A stretch of 57,374 bases of DNA. Origin: Nostocoides sp. Its GTDB lineage: Bacteria > Actinomycetota > Actinomycetes > Actinomycetales > Dermatophilaceae. The stretch lies in contig JBDIAJ010000001.1 in assembly GCA_039812345.1 (NCBI GenBank), positions 1-57,374 on the forward strand, written 5' to 3'. Position 1 is the first letter of the stretch, and every line of letters starts with the position of its first letter. Shown here piece after piece: positions 31,796 to 40,329 of this stretch. Both the position numbers and the translations under genes were made by a program. A model generated the notes under the pieces. That model worked only from the letters and a program-made list of their open reading frames with translations, was not told where the DNA came from and did no database searches.

Positions 31796-32295
31796 GGGAG
31801 TTCCTTGGAAGTGAGCTCGGTCCGCAGTCGGACGAGGGCGCGGTGGATGTGCGAGCGGGCGGTCGCCTCGGCGCAGCCGAGGACGGCGGCGATCTCGGGA
31901 TAGTCGAGGTCCTCATAGAAGCGGAGGACGACCGCGGCCCGCTGTGCGGGCGGGAGGGCCGCGCACAGACGCCATACGGCATCGTGCTCGGCGAGGGTCG
32001 CGGCGTGATCGGGCACCGCCGAGATGGGCGGGGGATCGGCGACCGGATGCTGGCGCCGCCCGAAGCGCCGCCAGGCCGAGATGTGGGCATTGGTGATGGC
32101 GCGCCGGACGTAGGCGTCGGCGTCCGGGGCGTCCGCGACCGCCGCCCAGCGGGCGAGGACCCCCGCGAGGGCGCTCTGGACGGCGTCCTGGGCGGCGGGC
32201 GCAGAGCCGGTGACGAGGTAGGCGAAGCGCAGCAGGTCGGGCAGCCGAGGGGTCACCCAGGCCTCGAAGCTGATCGGCTGCACGTCGGTCACCAT
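31792..32295 (-). CDS. ECF RNA polymerase sigma factor (Streptomyces SigE-like family)
   Basis: LLRFAYLVTG...AQDAVQ, AYVRRAITN...S.WRR, LPPAQRAAVVLRFYEDL...EIA.VLGC...T.RS..HRAL. Confidence 0.9.
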   Translation of the reverse strand: MVTDVQPISFEAWVTPRLPDLLRFAYLVTGSAPAAQDAVQSALAGVLARWAAVADAPDADAYVRRAITNAHISAWRRFGRRQHPVADPPPISAVPDHAATLAEHDAVWRLCAALPPAQRAAVVLRFYEDLDYPEIAAVLGCAEATARSHIHRALVRLRTELTSKELP

Positions 32296-32303
32296 GCCTT
32301 GGT

Positions 32304-32330
32304 CACGCCGCCGGGGCCGGATCCGTTGCA
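32304..32330 (-). promoter_or_regulatory. Candidate ECF-dependent autoregulatory promoter
   Basis: Minus strand TGCAAC-N17-CGTG, 8 nt before the sigma ATG. Confidence 0.55.
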
Positions 32331-32352
32331 CCTCGGCGGGAGGATTTCCGGG

Positions 32353-33099
32353 TCAGCGGGCGAGGGCGTCGAGAACCCACGGCCGCCCGGGGCGTTCGGG
32401 CGGGGTCAGGCTGACGTCGAAGTCGGCGCGGAGCAGGTCGAGGAGCGCGGCCGGGCGTCGGGGATCGGCGGCCGACTCGCAGAGGGCGCGGGCGACCAGC
32501 CCCCGGGTGTGTTTGGCGAGGTGACTCGCCCCGGGGATGCGGACGGCGACCCAGCGGGCGGCGAGGGGGCCCGCGGGCCGCCAGGTCGCGGCATACGGAC
32601 CGGAGCGGCAGTCGACGAGCAGGCCCGGACCGGCCGCGGGGGTGAGGACGTCGTCAAGAGCCGCCTTCCACACCTCGTCGAGGGGGCCGGGACCGGGCAG
32701 GTCGGCGCAGATCGACGTGCGGTAGGGCGCGATCCGGTCACCGGGGCGGACCGCGCCATAGACGGCCGAGGAGATGACGAGTCGCCGGGCGCCGCGGCGC
32801 CGACCGGCGGGCGTCAGGCTCGGCCAGTCGAGCGCGTCATACAGGACGCCGGTGTAGATCTCGATCGCCGGTCGAGCGGGCCTCGTGCGGACGGTGAGGT
32901 TGGCCTCGACCTCGGCGCCGAGGGTCGGGGGAACGCGGAGGATGGACATCGCGTCCTCCCGTCCCGACGCCTCGACGAGCCCGTCGAGCACCTCTTCCCG
33001 TATGCCGCACAGCTCCGGAAACGAGATCGCGTCCACCCGCATGGGCGCGCCGCGGGTCGGGCGGTACTTCGTCTCCGACGGCGGCAGGAGGATGAGCAC
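32353..33099 (-). CDS. yaaA: Peroxide stress protein YaaA (DUF328)
   Basis: LILLPPSETK, PAIEIYTGVLYDAL, SAVYG.VRP.D.I.PYR, VDCRSGPY, SH.AKHTRG. Confidence 0.88.
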   Translation of the reverse strand: MLILLPPSETKYRPTRGAPMRVDAISFPELCGIREEVLDGLVEASGREDAMSILRVPPTLGAEVEANLTVRTRPARPAIEIYTGVLYDALDWPSLTPAGRRRGARRLVISSAVYGAVRPGDRIAPYRTSICADLPGPGPLDEVWKAALDDVLTPAAGPGLLVDCRSGPYAATWRPAGPLAARWVAVRIPGASHLAKHTRGLVARALCESAADPRRPAALLDLLRADFDVSLTPPERPGRPWVLDALAR

Positions 33100-33180
33100 G
33101 GCCGTCACTCTAGGAGGCGCGCGTCCGGGCCGGGCGTCACTGAGAGCTGTGACGTGGGCGATCCCACATCGCCCCTGGTC

Positions 33181-34629
33181 TCAGCCGAGCGCCTTCGCGA
33201 ACTGTGCCTCGTAGGCGTTCTGCCCGAGCTTGGTCGGATGGAAGGAGCCGACCCAGGCGTCGGCGGGATTGGTCGTCTTGATGTACAGCGGGTACACCCA
33301 CGGCTGCGTGTCGCACAGCGCGTGCCCCTGGAAGGCTGTGGCCGCGTCGACGTAATGGACATCCGGGTCCCCCGCTGAGGTCTCGGCGGCGACGGCGGCC
33401 TTGATCGCAGAGTTGACCGCGATGACCTGAGTCTTCATCCATGTGGCGTCGCTCTTGAGGATCTTGACCTGGAAGTGTCCGGCGCTGCCGACGGTGCAGT
33501 TGATGTGGATTCGCGACGGGTCGAATAGGACGGGGTATCCCGCGATGAGAATCTTGGCATGGGGCGCCTTGGCGCGGATGAGTTCGATGATGTTGGAATA
33601 GGGATGGATGACGTGTTTGTCGCTTCCGGAGCCGAGGTAGACCGTGCCGACCCCTCGGAGCGCTTGAATACGTCTCGCGACGGTCTTGGTCCACTTCTTC
33701 TGGCACCCCGGGGCGCTCGTCTGGAAGGGGTTGACGAGGCAGCCGGCGAGAACGTCCTGGAATCCGATGTCGTTTCCACCCATCGTGAGGGTCACCAACT
33801 TCGTGTCGGACGTCAGGGCGTCGAGTTGTGGTGCCTCGGGAATGAAGGTGCCATTCTCGTCCGTCGCGCCGTTTCCCTCCCAGTTGGCGTGGACCAGGTC
33901 ATCGGTCACAGCTCCGCTGCAGGCAACGAACTGGGGAGGATCCGGGTGCGTCCAATGCAATTGGGACAACATGGGGGCATACGCGATGGGCGACCGATGG
34001 CACTGGTCGGTGCTCGTGTCACTGTCGGCGAGATAGGGCGAGTTGCCCTCTCCGGCCGAGAAGGAGTCGCCCATCGCCACGAAGTTGGCCGTCAGGGTCC
34101 CGGGCCGCGCGGTCAACGCGGCCGAGGTCAGGACGCCCTCCAGCGAGAAATAGGTGGAGGTCTGGTCCGCGAGTGTGTCCGGGAAGTCGATCTGCACATC
34201 GTCGAGGTCACCCGGAATGGTGACGAAAGAGGTGTTTGGCCCTTCATAGCCGGTCGGAGCATTCCAGGCGCAAGAGACGACGGTGCACAGACCGTCACCG
34301 TCGAAGTTGGCGAGCCCGCTTCCGGCACCCTTGACGGTGATGGAGGTCACCGGCTTACCCGAGTAGTTCGTGACGCCGACGAGCGTGTCATCGGATCCGT
34401 CATACGGGCCGACGGTGTCGTCGTGATAGATCGTGATCGTTCCGTCGTCTTCGACCACGAGCAGGATCGCGCAGGACGGGGCAGCGCCGACGGCGGGGCA
34501 GGCGTGGAAAGGTGCCACCGGAATCACCCCACCCTTGGAGAATGCGGGGGTGGCGGTCGCGACGGATACGGCCAGGACCCCGGCGAGGGACAGAGCCAGC
34601 GATGATGCCTTGGCGTGCGTGAATCCCAT
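33181..34629 (-). CDS. Secreted SGNH/GDSL hydrolase (SEST-like) with an N-terminal domain of unknown function
   Basis: Signal peptide; MGDSFSAG, VACSGA, TMGGNDIGF, GSFHP; codon usage less GC-biased than the flanks. Confidence 0.85.
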   Translation of the reverse strand: MGFTHAKASSLALSLAGVLAVSVATATPAFSKGGVIPVAPFHACPAVGAAPSCAILLVVEDDGTITIYHDDTVGPYDGSDDTLVGVTNYSGKPVTSITVKGAGSGLANFDGDGLCTVVSCAWNAPTGYEGPNTSFVTIPGDLDDVQIDFPDTLADQTSTYFSLEGVLTSAALTARPGTLTANFVAMGDSFSAGEGNSPYLADSDTSTDQCHRSPIAYAPMLSQLHWTHPDPPQFVACSGAVTDDLVHANWEGNGATDENGTFIPEAPQLDALTSDTKLVTLTMGGNDIGFQDVLAGCLVNPFQTSAPGCQKKWTKTVARRIQALRGVGTVYLGSGSDKHVIHPYSNIIELIRAKAPHAKILIAGYPVLFDPSRIHINCTVGSAGHFQVKILKSDATWMKTQVIAVNSAIKAAVAAETSAGDPDVHYVDAATAFQGHALCDTQPWVYPLYIKTTNPADAWVGSFHPTKLGQNAYEAQFAKALG

Positions 34630-34829
34630 GGGAACCTCAATGTCTGTCAGTGAAGGTGTGACGGCGGCTTCGGCCAGATTCGGCCGGCACGTTCGGACGC
34701 TACTGACAGGACTGTGATCGCACACTTGATCCGGGTCCGCGTGTCAAACAACTGTCCTGTTCCGTCCGATCGTGGATCCGGATCGGCGCCACCGTGGTTC
34801 ACGTCGGCTGCCCGGGTTAGGTTGGGCGC

Positions 34830-36305
34830 ATGCCGGAGCACGGGATGACGCGCTACAGCGGAGACGGGCTGTCCGAGGTCCTCGGGAACGACGCCCTACG
34901 GGCGCGGTTCGCGGCGATCCGGGCCCAGTTCGCCGTCTCCGAGATCTTCCCGCCGGAGGTCCTCGCCGAGGCCGACGCGGTGGCCGCAACGCCTGTGGAC
35001 TGGCCCGATCGGGACGAGACCGATCTCCCGTTCTTCACCATCGACCCGCCCGGATCGCTCGACCTCGATCAGGCGATGCACCTGGCCCGCGACGGGGAGG
35101 GCTATCGGGTCCGCTACGCCATCGTCTGCCTGCCGGCGTTCGTCGCGCCCGAGGGAACCATCGACACCGAGGCCCGCCGGCGCGGGCAGACCATCTATTG
35201 CCCGGACCTGCGGATTCCGCTCCACCCGCCAGTCCTGAGCGAGGGCGCGGCGAGCCTGCTCCCGGGGGAGGTGCGGGCGGCATACGTCTGGGATCTGCAC
35301 CTCGGGGCGGACGGGGAGGTGAGCGCCACGGAGGTCTACCGCGCGCGGGTGCGCAGCGTCGACCGGCTCGACTACGCGTTCGTCCAGGCACAGATCGACG
35401 CGGGGACCGGAGACGAACGCTTCCTCCTGCTGAAGGCGATCGGTGAGGCGCGGATCGCCTGCGAGCGCCGCCGCGGCGGGGCCAGCCTGCCGATGCCCGA
35501 GCAGGTCGTCACCGAGAATCCCGACGGCAGCTTCGCGCTGTCGTTCCGGCCGCCCGTGCCGGCCGAGGAGTGGAACGCGCAGATCTCGCTGATGACGGGG
35601 ATGGCCGCGGCCGGGCTCATGCTGGGCGCGGGAATCGGCATCCTCCGGACGCTGCCGGCACCCGACCCCCAGGCCGTCGACCGCTTCCGTCGCCAGGCGA
35701 GCGCGCTCGGGGTGCCCTGGCCCTCGGACGAGGCGTATGGCGACTTCCTCCGCCGCCTCGATCGCACCCAGCCCAAGCACCTCGCGCTGATCTATGAGGC
35801 CACCAGCCTGTTCCGGGGGAGCGCGTATGCCGCATTCGACGGCACGCCACCGGCGCACCCCGAGCACGGGGCACTGGCGGCGAACTACGCCCACGTCACC
35901 GCCCCGCTGCGGCGGCTCGTCGACCGATTCGGGTTGGCCGTCTGCGAGGCCATCTCGTCCGGCGTCGACGTGCCCGAGTGGGCACGTGCGGCGCTGCCCG
36001 GGTTGCCGGACCTCATGGCGACGAGCGGACGCACCGCGTCGGCGGTCGAACGCCTGTGCACCGACACCGTCGAGGCTGCCGTCCTCGCCACTCATCTCGG
36101 CGAGGACTTCCGGGCCGACGTCGTCGACCACGGCTCCCACGGTGGTTGGGTGCTCCAATTGCTCGATCCGGCCGTCGTCGCCCAGGCGGGCACCCAGGTC
36201 AAGGTCGATCTCGGCGATGTGGTCACCGCACGACTGACCGAGGCCGACGTCGAGACCGGAGTCGTGCGCCTCCAGGTCGAGGCGGTCGAGGCCGCGGCAC
36301 CGTAG
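34830..36305 (+). CDS. RNB-domain 3'-5' exoribonuclease (RNase II/R family)
   Basis: FFTIDPPGSLDLDQA, RGQTIYCPD, SEGAASL, YAHVTAPLRRLVDRF. Confidence 0.9.
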   Translation: MPEHGMTRYSGDGLSEVLGNDALRARFAAIRAQFAVSEIFPPEVLAEADAVAATPVDWPDRDETDLPFFTIDPPGSLDLDQAMHLARDGEGYRVRYAIVCLPAFVAPEGTIDTEARRRGQTIYCPDLRIPLHPPVLSEGAASLLPGEVRAAYVWDLHLGADGEVSATEVYRARVRSVDRLDYAFVQAQIDAGTGDERFLLLKAIGEARIACERRRGGASLPMPEQVVTENPDGSFALSFRPPVPAEEWNAQISLMTGMAAAGLMLGAGIGILRTLPAPDPQAVDRFRRQASALGVPWPSDEAYGDFLRRLDRTQPKHLALIYEATSLFRGSAYAAFDGTPPAHPEHGALAANYAHVTAPLRRLVDRFGLAVCEAISSGVDVPEWARAALPGLPDLMATSGRTASAVERLCTDTVEAAVLATHLGEDFRADVVDHGSHGGWVLQLLDPAVVAQAGTQVKVDLGDVVTARLTEADVETGVVRLQVEAVEAAAP

Positions 36306-36318
36306 GCCTTCGGGTCGA

Positions 36319-36400
36319 TGACCTCTCGACGGGAGCTATGTGACCTCTCGACGGGGGCTATGTGACCTCTCGACGGGGGCTATGTGACCTCTCGACGGGA
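36319..36400 (+). repeat. 22-bp tandem repeat, about 3.7 copies
   Basis: TGACCTCTCGACGGGRGCTATG starting at 36319, 36341, 36363 and (partial) 36385. Confidence 0.95.
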
Positions 36401-36415
36401 CGTAGACTCTCGCGT

Positions 36416-36800
36416 GGGAAGAGTCGGCCAGACGGTCGCGGCCGGGGTGACCCGGTCGAGGAACGTCCGGACTCCGAAGGGCACGGTGGTGGCTAACGGC
36501 CACCCGGGGCGACCCGCGGGACAGTGCCACAGAGAGCAGACCGCCGGGATCGGCATACGCCGAACTCGGTAAGGGTGAAAGGGTGGTGTAAGAGACCACC
36601 AGCGGCCTGGGTGACCAGGTCGGCTCGGTAAACCCCACCGGGAGCAAGCCCAGACAGTGTGCGCCAGACGGCGGCCCGCCGGAGCACACGGGTAGGGCGC
36701 TCGAGCCCGCCGGCGACGGCGGGCCCAGATGGATGACCGTCGCCCGGCGTGCGGTGACGCGCGCCGGGAACAGAATCCGGCGTACCGGCCGGCTCTTCCC
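36416..36800 (+). ncRNA. rnpB: RNase P RNA (type A)
   Basis: GAGGAACGTCCGGACTCC, AGTGCCACAGA, GGGTGAAA, GGTAAACCCCAC, AACAGAATCCGGCGTA; P1 GGGAAGAGTCGGCC/GGCCGGCTCTTCCC; -10 TAGACT at 36403. Confidence 0.97.
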
Positions 36801-36826
36801 GCCCCGCGTTCGCTACCGTCGCTCGT

Positions 36827-37474
36827 ATGCGGATCACCCACCTCGGCCACTCCTGCCTGCTCCTCGAGCTGGCGGACACCCGCATCCTCATCGACCCGGG
36901 CGTGTTCACCCCCGACCTCGCGCCGGCGAGTGACCTGGACGCGATCGTCGTCACCCATCAGCATCCCGACCACCTCGACCAGTCCCGTCTGCCCGCGCTC
37001 CTCGCGGCCAACCCGGGCGCGCTCCTGCTCACCGACCCCGAGACCGCGCAGATCGTCCGGGGCCTCGGGTATGACGTCGTGGCCCAGGATGGATCCACCC
37101 GCGCCGTCGGCGCGGTGACCCTGCGGCCCGTCGGCGAGAAACACGCCCTGATCAACGAGGACCTCCCGATCATCGCCAATGTCGGCGTCGTCGTCGCCGC
37201 CGAGGGGGAGCCCACCCTCTATCACCCGGGCGACACCCTCGCCGAGGATCCGGGCCCCGTCGACGTCGCCTGTGTCCCACTCAACGCGCCGTGGCAGCGC
37301 AGCCGAGAGATGACGGGATACCTGCGCCGGCTCGCGCCGGCCCGGGCCATCCCGATCCACGACGGCCTGCTCAACGAGAACGGCCGGGCCCTCTATCTCT
37401 CCCAGGCCCGAAGCCTGGGTTGCCCCGACACCGAGATCGTCGACCTCTTCGCGACCGGCCCCCGCGTACTCTGA
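36827..37474 (+). CDS. Metallo-beta-lactamase fold hydrolase
   Basis: ITHLGHSC, IDPG, THQHPDHLD, YHPGD, IPIHD. Confidence 0.9.
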   Translation: MRITHLGHSCLLLELADTRILIDPGVFTPDLAPASDLDAIVVTHQHPDHLDQSRLPALLAANPGALLLTDPETAQIVRGLGYDVVAQDGSTRAVGAVTLRPVGEKHALINEDLPIIANVGVVVAAEGEPTLYHPGDTLAEDPGPVDVACVPLNAPWQRSREMTGYLRRLAPARAIPIHDGLLNENGRALYLSQARSLGCPDTEIVDLFATGPRVL

Positions 37475-37481
37475 CGGCGCA

Positions 37482-37556
37482 TCAGCCGCCCCCCCACCAG
37501 TACGCCAGGGCCGGTCGCGATGGCCGGCTCGGTCCCCCCGTCCCGTGCCAGGTCAT
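37482..37556 (-). CDS. Putative 24-aa small peptide MTWHGTGGPSRPSRPALAYWWGGG
   Basis: ATG preceded by GGGGGGGA, -10-like TAATGT upstream, divergent from the regulator; no homology evidence. Confidence 0.3.
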   Translation of the reverse strand: MTWHGTGGPSRPSRPALAYWWGGG

Positions 37557-37641
37557 CGGTCCCCCCCAGGATGCCGGGGCAATCCCCCCGTCCCTCCGGG
37601 CAGTGACATTACGCACCGGCCCGGTGCGGGGAAAGGGAAAA

Positions 37642-37676
37642 CGGACCAGAGTCGGACATTGTCCGGCCGTTGTCCG
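37642..37676. promoter_or_regulatory. Symmetric four-box operator
   Basis: CGGAC-N6-CGGAC-ATT-GTCCG-N6-GTCCG upstream of the XRE-STAND regulator. Confidence 0.6.
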
Positions 37677-37764
37677 GGTCCGCAGGCCGTGAGACCGTTC
37701 TCGCAGGGGGCGCGCGCCCCGGCGGGGCGCCGCCCCCGACCGCTCGTCACGCCGCGGAGGCTGG

Positions 37765-40074
37765 ATGACCATCGGACAGGAACTGCGCCGCGCGCGAGTC
37801 TCGTGCGGGCTCACGCAGGGCGACCTCGCCCGCCGGGCGGGCATGAGCGTCGAAGGCATCTCGCTGCTGGAGCGCGGCCGGCGCAACCCGCGCCCGTCGA
37901 CGATGCTGCTGCTGGTCGACGCGATGAGCCTGCCCGAGATGGACCGGCACCGCCTCCTGCGGGCCGCGGACGCCTCCGGCGGCGATCCCGCAGATCCGCC
38001 GACCTGGCCGGACCCCCTCATCGGCCGCGAGCGGGACATCGGCGTGGTCCAGGCTCTGTTCGAGCGGGGTGCGCGCGTGGTGACGATCACCGGCCCGGGG
38101 GGAATCGGCAAGACCCGGCTCGCCGCGGCCGCGGCGGTGACAACGGGAGCGGACCTCGAGGGGGTCCGCTGGGTGCGGGTCGGCGGCATTCGCCAGCCGG
38201 ACGGGTGGTATGCGGCCGTCGCCGACGCCCTGGGCGCACCCGGAGCGACGACCCTCGACGCGATCGTCGGGTACCTCGCCGACCGCCGGCTCGTCCTCGT
38301 GCTCGACAACGCCGAGCATCTGCTCGATCGCTGCCGTCTGCTCGTGGAGTCCGTATGCCGCTGGAACCCCCACGTGAAGATCCTCGCCACCTCGCGGCGC
38401 CGGCTCCAGGTGCCCGGCGAGCGGGTCCATCCGATCGGTACCCTGGCCCAGCCCACGGCCCTGCGCAGCGAGGCCGACCTCGAGTCGGCCCCCGCGACGG
38501 CCCTGTTCCTGCGGTCCATGGTCCGGCACCACCTCGGCGCGCTCGCGGCCGGGGACGTCGCGGCGATCGGACGGATCTGTCGGCTGGTGGACGGTCTGCC
38601 GCTCGCCATCGAGCTCGTCGCCGCCCACACCGACGTCTATTCGACCCACGAACTCGCCGACGCACTCCGGCACACGCTGGCCGACGGGTCGGACGGCTCG
38701 CTCGGGGACGGGTTGGGCCTGCGGGACGGACTCCTCGACGATGTCGTCGGCTGGAGCAGCCGCAGCCTCGGCCCCGACGAGCGGGACCTCTTCGCCGCGC
38801 TCTCGGTCTTCTCCGGCCCGTTCCGCGAACGCGCGGTGCAGGCGATCGCCGACCGCGACGAGGCGTCGACCCGGCGCGGCCTCTCCGTGTTGATCGGGGC
38901 GTCGCTGATCGCCCGCGCGCCGGATTGGGAGGGTCAGGCCACCTTCCGCATGCTGCATCTCGTCCGGGCGGTGGCGCGGGACATCCTCGCGCAGCGGGCC
39001 GATGCGGACACGATCCATGTCCGACACGCCGAGCTCGTCATCACGGCGGCGAGCGAGGCGGCGGCCGACCTCGGGGGCAGCGACGCGGCGCGATCGCTGC
39101 GGGTCCTCGACGGCGTCGCGGAGGACGTCGACGCGGCGCTGGCCTGGGCCGCCGGCCACGGCGAGGCCGACCTCGCCCTGAGGCTCGTCGCGGCCACCCG
39201 CGAATGGTGCTATCTGCGCGGCCGGTACGCCCAGGGCCGGGCGTGGGCCGCGGAGGCCCTCGCCGCCGATGCCCGGTCGGACTCGGCCCTGGACCGACGC
39301 GATCTGCATGCCCAGGCCCTCGGTGCGGTCGGCGGGATGGCCTTCCTCCAGTGCGACTACGGGGTCGCCCTGACGAACGTCGCGGCGGCCAGGTCACTCT
39401 TCCACGACGTCGGCGACCGCGCCGGCGAGGCCTGGGCCACGGGCCGGCTCGGCAGCATCGCCCGCGAGCGGGGCGATTACACGACGGCCTTCGCTCGGCA
39501 TACCGAGGCATTGGCCCTGTTCCGCGAGGCCGGCGACCCGATGGGGGAGTGCGGCCAGCTCAACGCCCTGACCCTCGCCCGGTGGCTCACCGGTGACCTC
39601 GCGGGGGCGACCGAGGCGGCGGGTCGCGCGAGCGCCGCGGCGCGGCGTTGCGGTGGCGAGCCCGCTGTCTGGGCACTCATCAACGCTGGTGTCCTCGCCC
39701 GCCTGGCCGACCAGCCGGCCCGAGCGGACACCGTGCTCGCGCGCGCGTTCGACCTCAGTCAGGAGCAGGGCTTCCCCGAGGGGATCGCCTGGTGCCTCAA
39801 CCAGCGAGGCATCGTCTCCCGGCTTCGCGGGGATCGGGAGCGCGCCGTCCGGCTGCAGGAGGCGGCGCTGCTGGAGCACCGCCGGCTCGGAGATCGCTGG
39901 CGACTGGCGAGCACCCTCGAGGAACTCGCCCTCCTCGCCGTCCTCGCCGACGACCCGGAGCGCGCCGCCCGGCATCTCGGCGAGGCCGACGACATCCGTC
40001 AGACGATCGGGGCCCCGGTGCCACCGATCGAGGCCGACACCCGGGCTCGGGTCGTGGCCGGACTGGGCGGATGA
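37765..40074 (+). CDS. XRE-HTH + STAND (NB-ARC-like) ATPase + TPR transcriptional regulator
   Basis: LRRAR...GLTQ.DLA.RAGMS...ISLLERG.R.P; LIGRE; GPGGIGKTRLA (Walker A); LVLDNAEH (Walker B); TSR; GLPLAIEL; C-terminal TPR-like helices; SD GGAGG. Confidence 0.9.
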   Translation: MTIGQELRRARVSCGLTQGDLARRAGMSVEGISLLERGRRNPRPSTMLLLVDAMSLPEMDRHRLLRAADASGGDPADPPTWPDPLIGRERDIGVVQALFERGARVVTITGPGGIGKTRLAAAAAVTTGADLEGVRWVRVGGIRQPDGWYAAVADALGAPGATTLDAIVGYLADRRLVLVLDNAEHLLDRCRLLVESVCRWNPHVKILATSRRRLQVPGERVHPIGTLAQPTALRSEADLESAPATALFLRSMVRHHLGALAAGDVAAIGRICRLVDGLPLAIELVAAHTDVYSTHELADALRHTLADGSDGSLGDGLGLRDGLLDDVVGWSSRSLGPDERDLFAALSVFSGPFRERAVQAIADRDEASTRRGLSVLIGASLIARAPDWEGQATFRMLHLVRAVARDILAQRADADTIHVRHAELVITAASEAAADLGGSDAARSLRVLDGVAEDVDAALAWAAGHGEADLALRLVAATREWCYLRGRYAQGRAWAAEALAADARSDSALDRRDLHAQALGAVGGMAFLQCDYGVALTNVAAARSLFHDVGDRAGEAWATGRLGSIARERGDYTTAFARHTEALALFREAGDPMGECGQLNALTLARWLTGDLAGATEAAGRASAAARRCGGEPAVWALINAGVLARLADQPARADTVLARAFDLSQEQGFPEGIAWCLNQRGIVSRLRGDRERAVRLQEAALLEHRRLGDRWRLASTLEELALLAVLADDPERAARHLGEADDIRQTIGAPVPPIEADTRARVVAGLGG

Positions 40075-40093
40075 GGAGCGGTGGGGGCGCGGG

Positions 40094-40276
40094 TCAGTCC
40101 TCGCCCTCCTCCCAGCGCCGGTCCTCCTCGTCCCACGCCTTCGTCCGCTCGGCGGCGATCTCGAGGGCTCGGGAGGCCTCCTCCTGGGTGTCGTACGGGC
40201 CCATGACATCGGTGTCCTGGCCGCGGGTCGCGTCGTCCTCGACCTGTCCCGTCGCCACGTTGTACCAGAACGCCAT
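40094..40276 (-). CDS. Small conserved actinobacterial protein (neighbour of map)
   Basis: FWYN..TGQVE...MGPY.T.EEA..ALE.A.ER..AWDEED pattern; SD GAAGGAG. Confidence 0.8.
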   Translation of the reverse strand: MAFWYNVATGQVEDDATRGQDTDVMGPYDTQEEASRALEIAAERTKAWDEEDRRWEEGED

Positions 40277-40329
40277 CCCGACTCCTTCGTTGCCATGGGC
40301 GTCCCAGGTGGATGCCTAGACTCCACCGT

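Noticed and set aside
33181-34629. Depletion of the iterated motif in the atypical SGNH gene
   Set aside because: One partial copy (33976) in 1.4 kb is too few to distinguish from chance; the native fab region has a longer gap.
20800-34760. Accessory block as a single mobile element
   Set aside because: No transposase, integrase, terminal repeats or att sites seen; it includes housekeeping-type genes (metZ, yaaA), suggesting piecemeal accumulation.
36319-36400. Possible mini CRISPR array
   Set aside because: Units are contiguous with no unique spacers, and there are no cas genes in the window.
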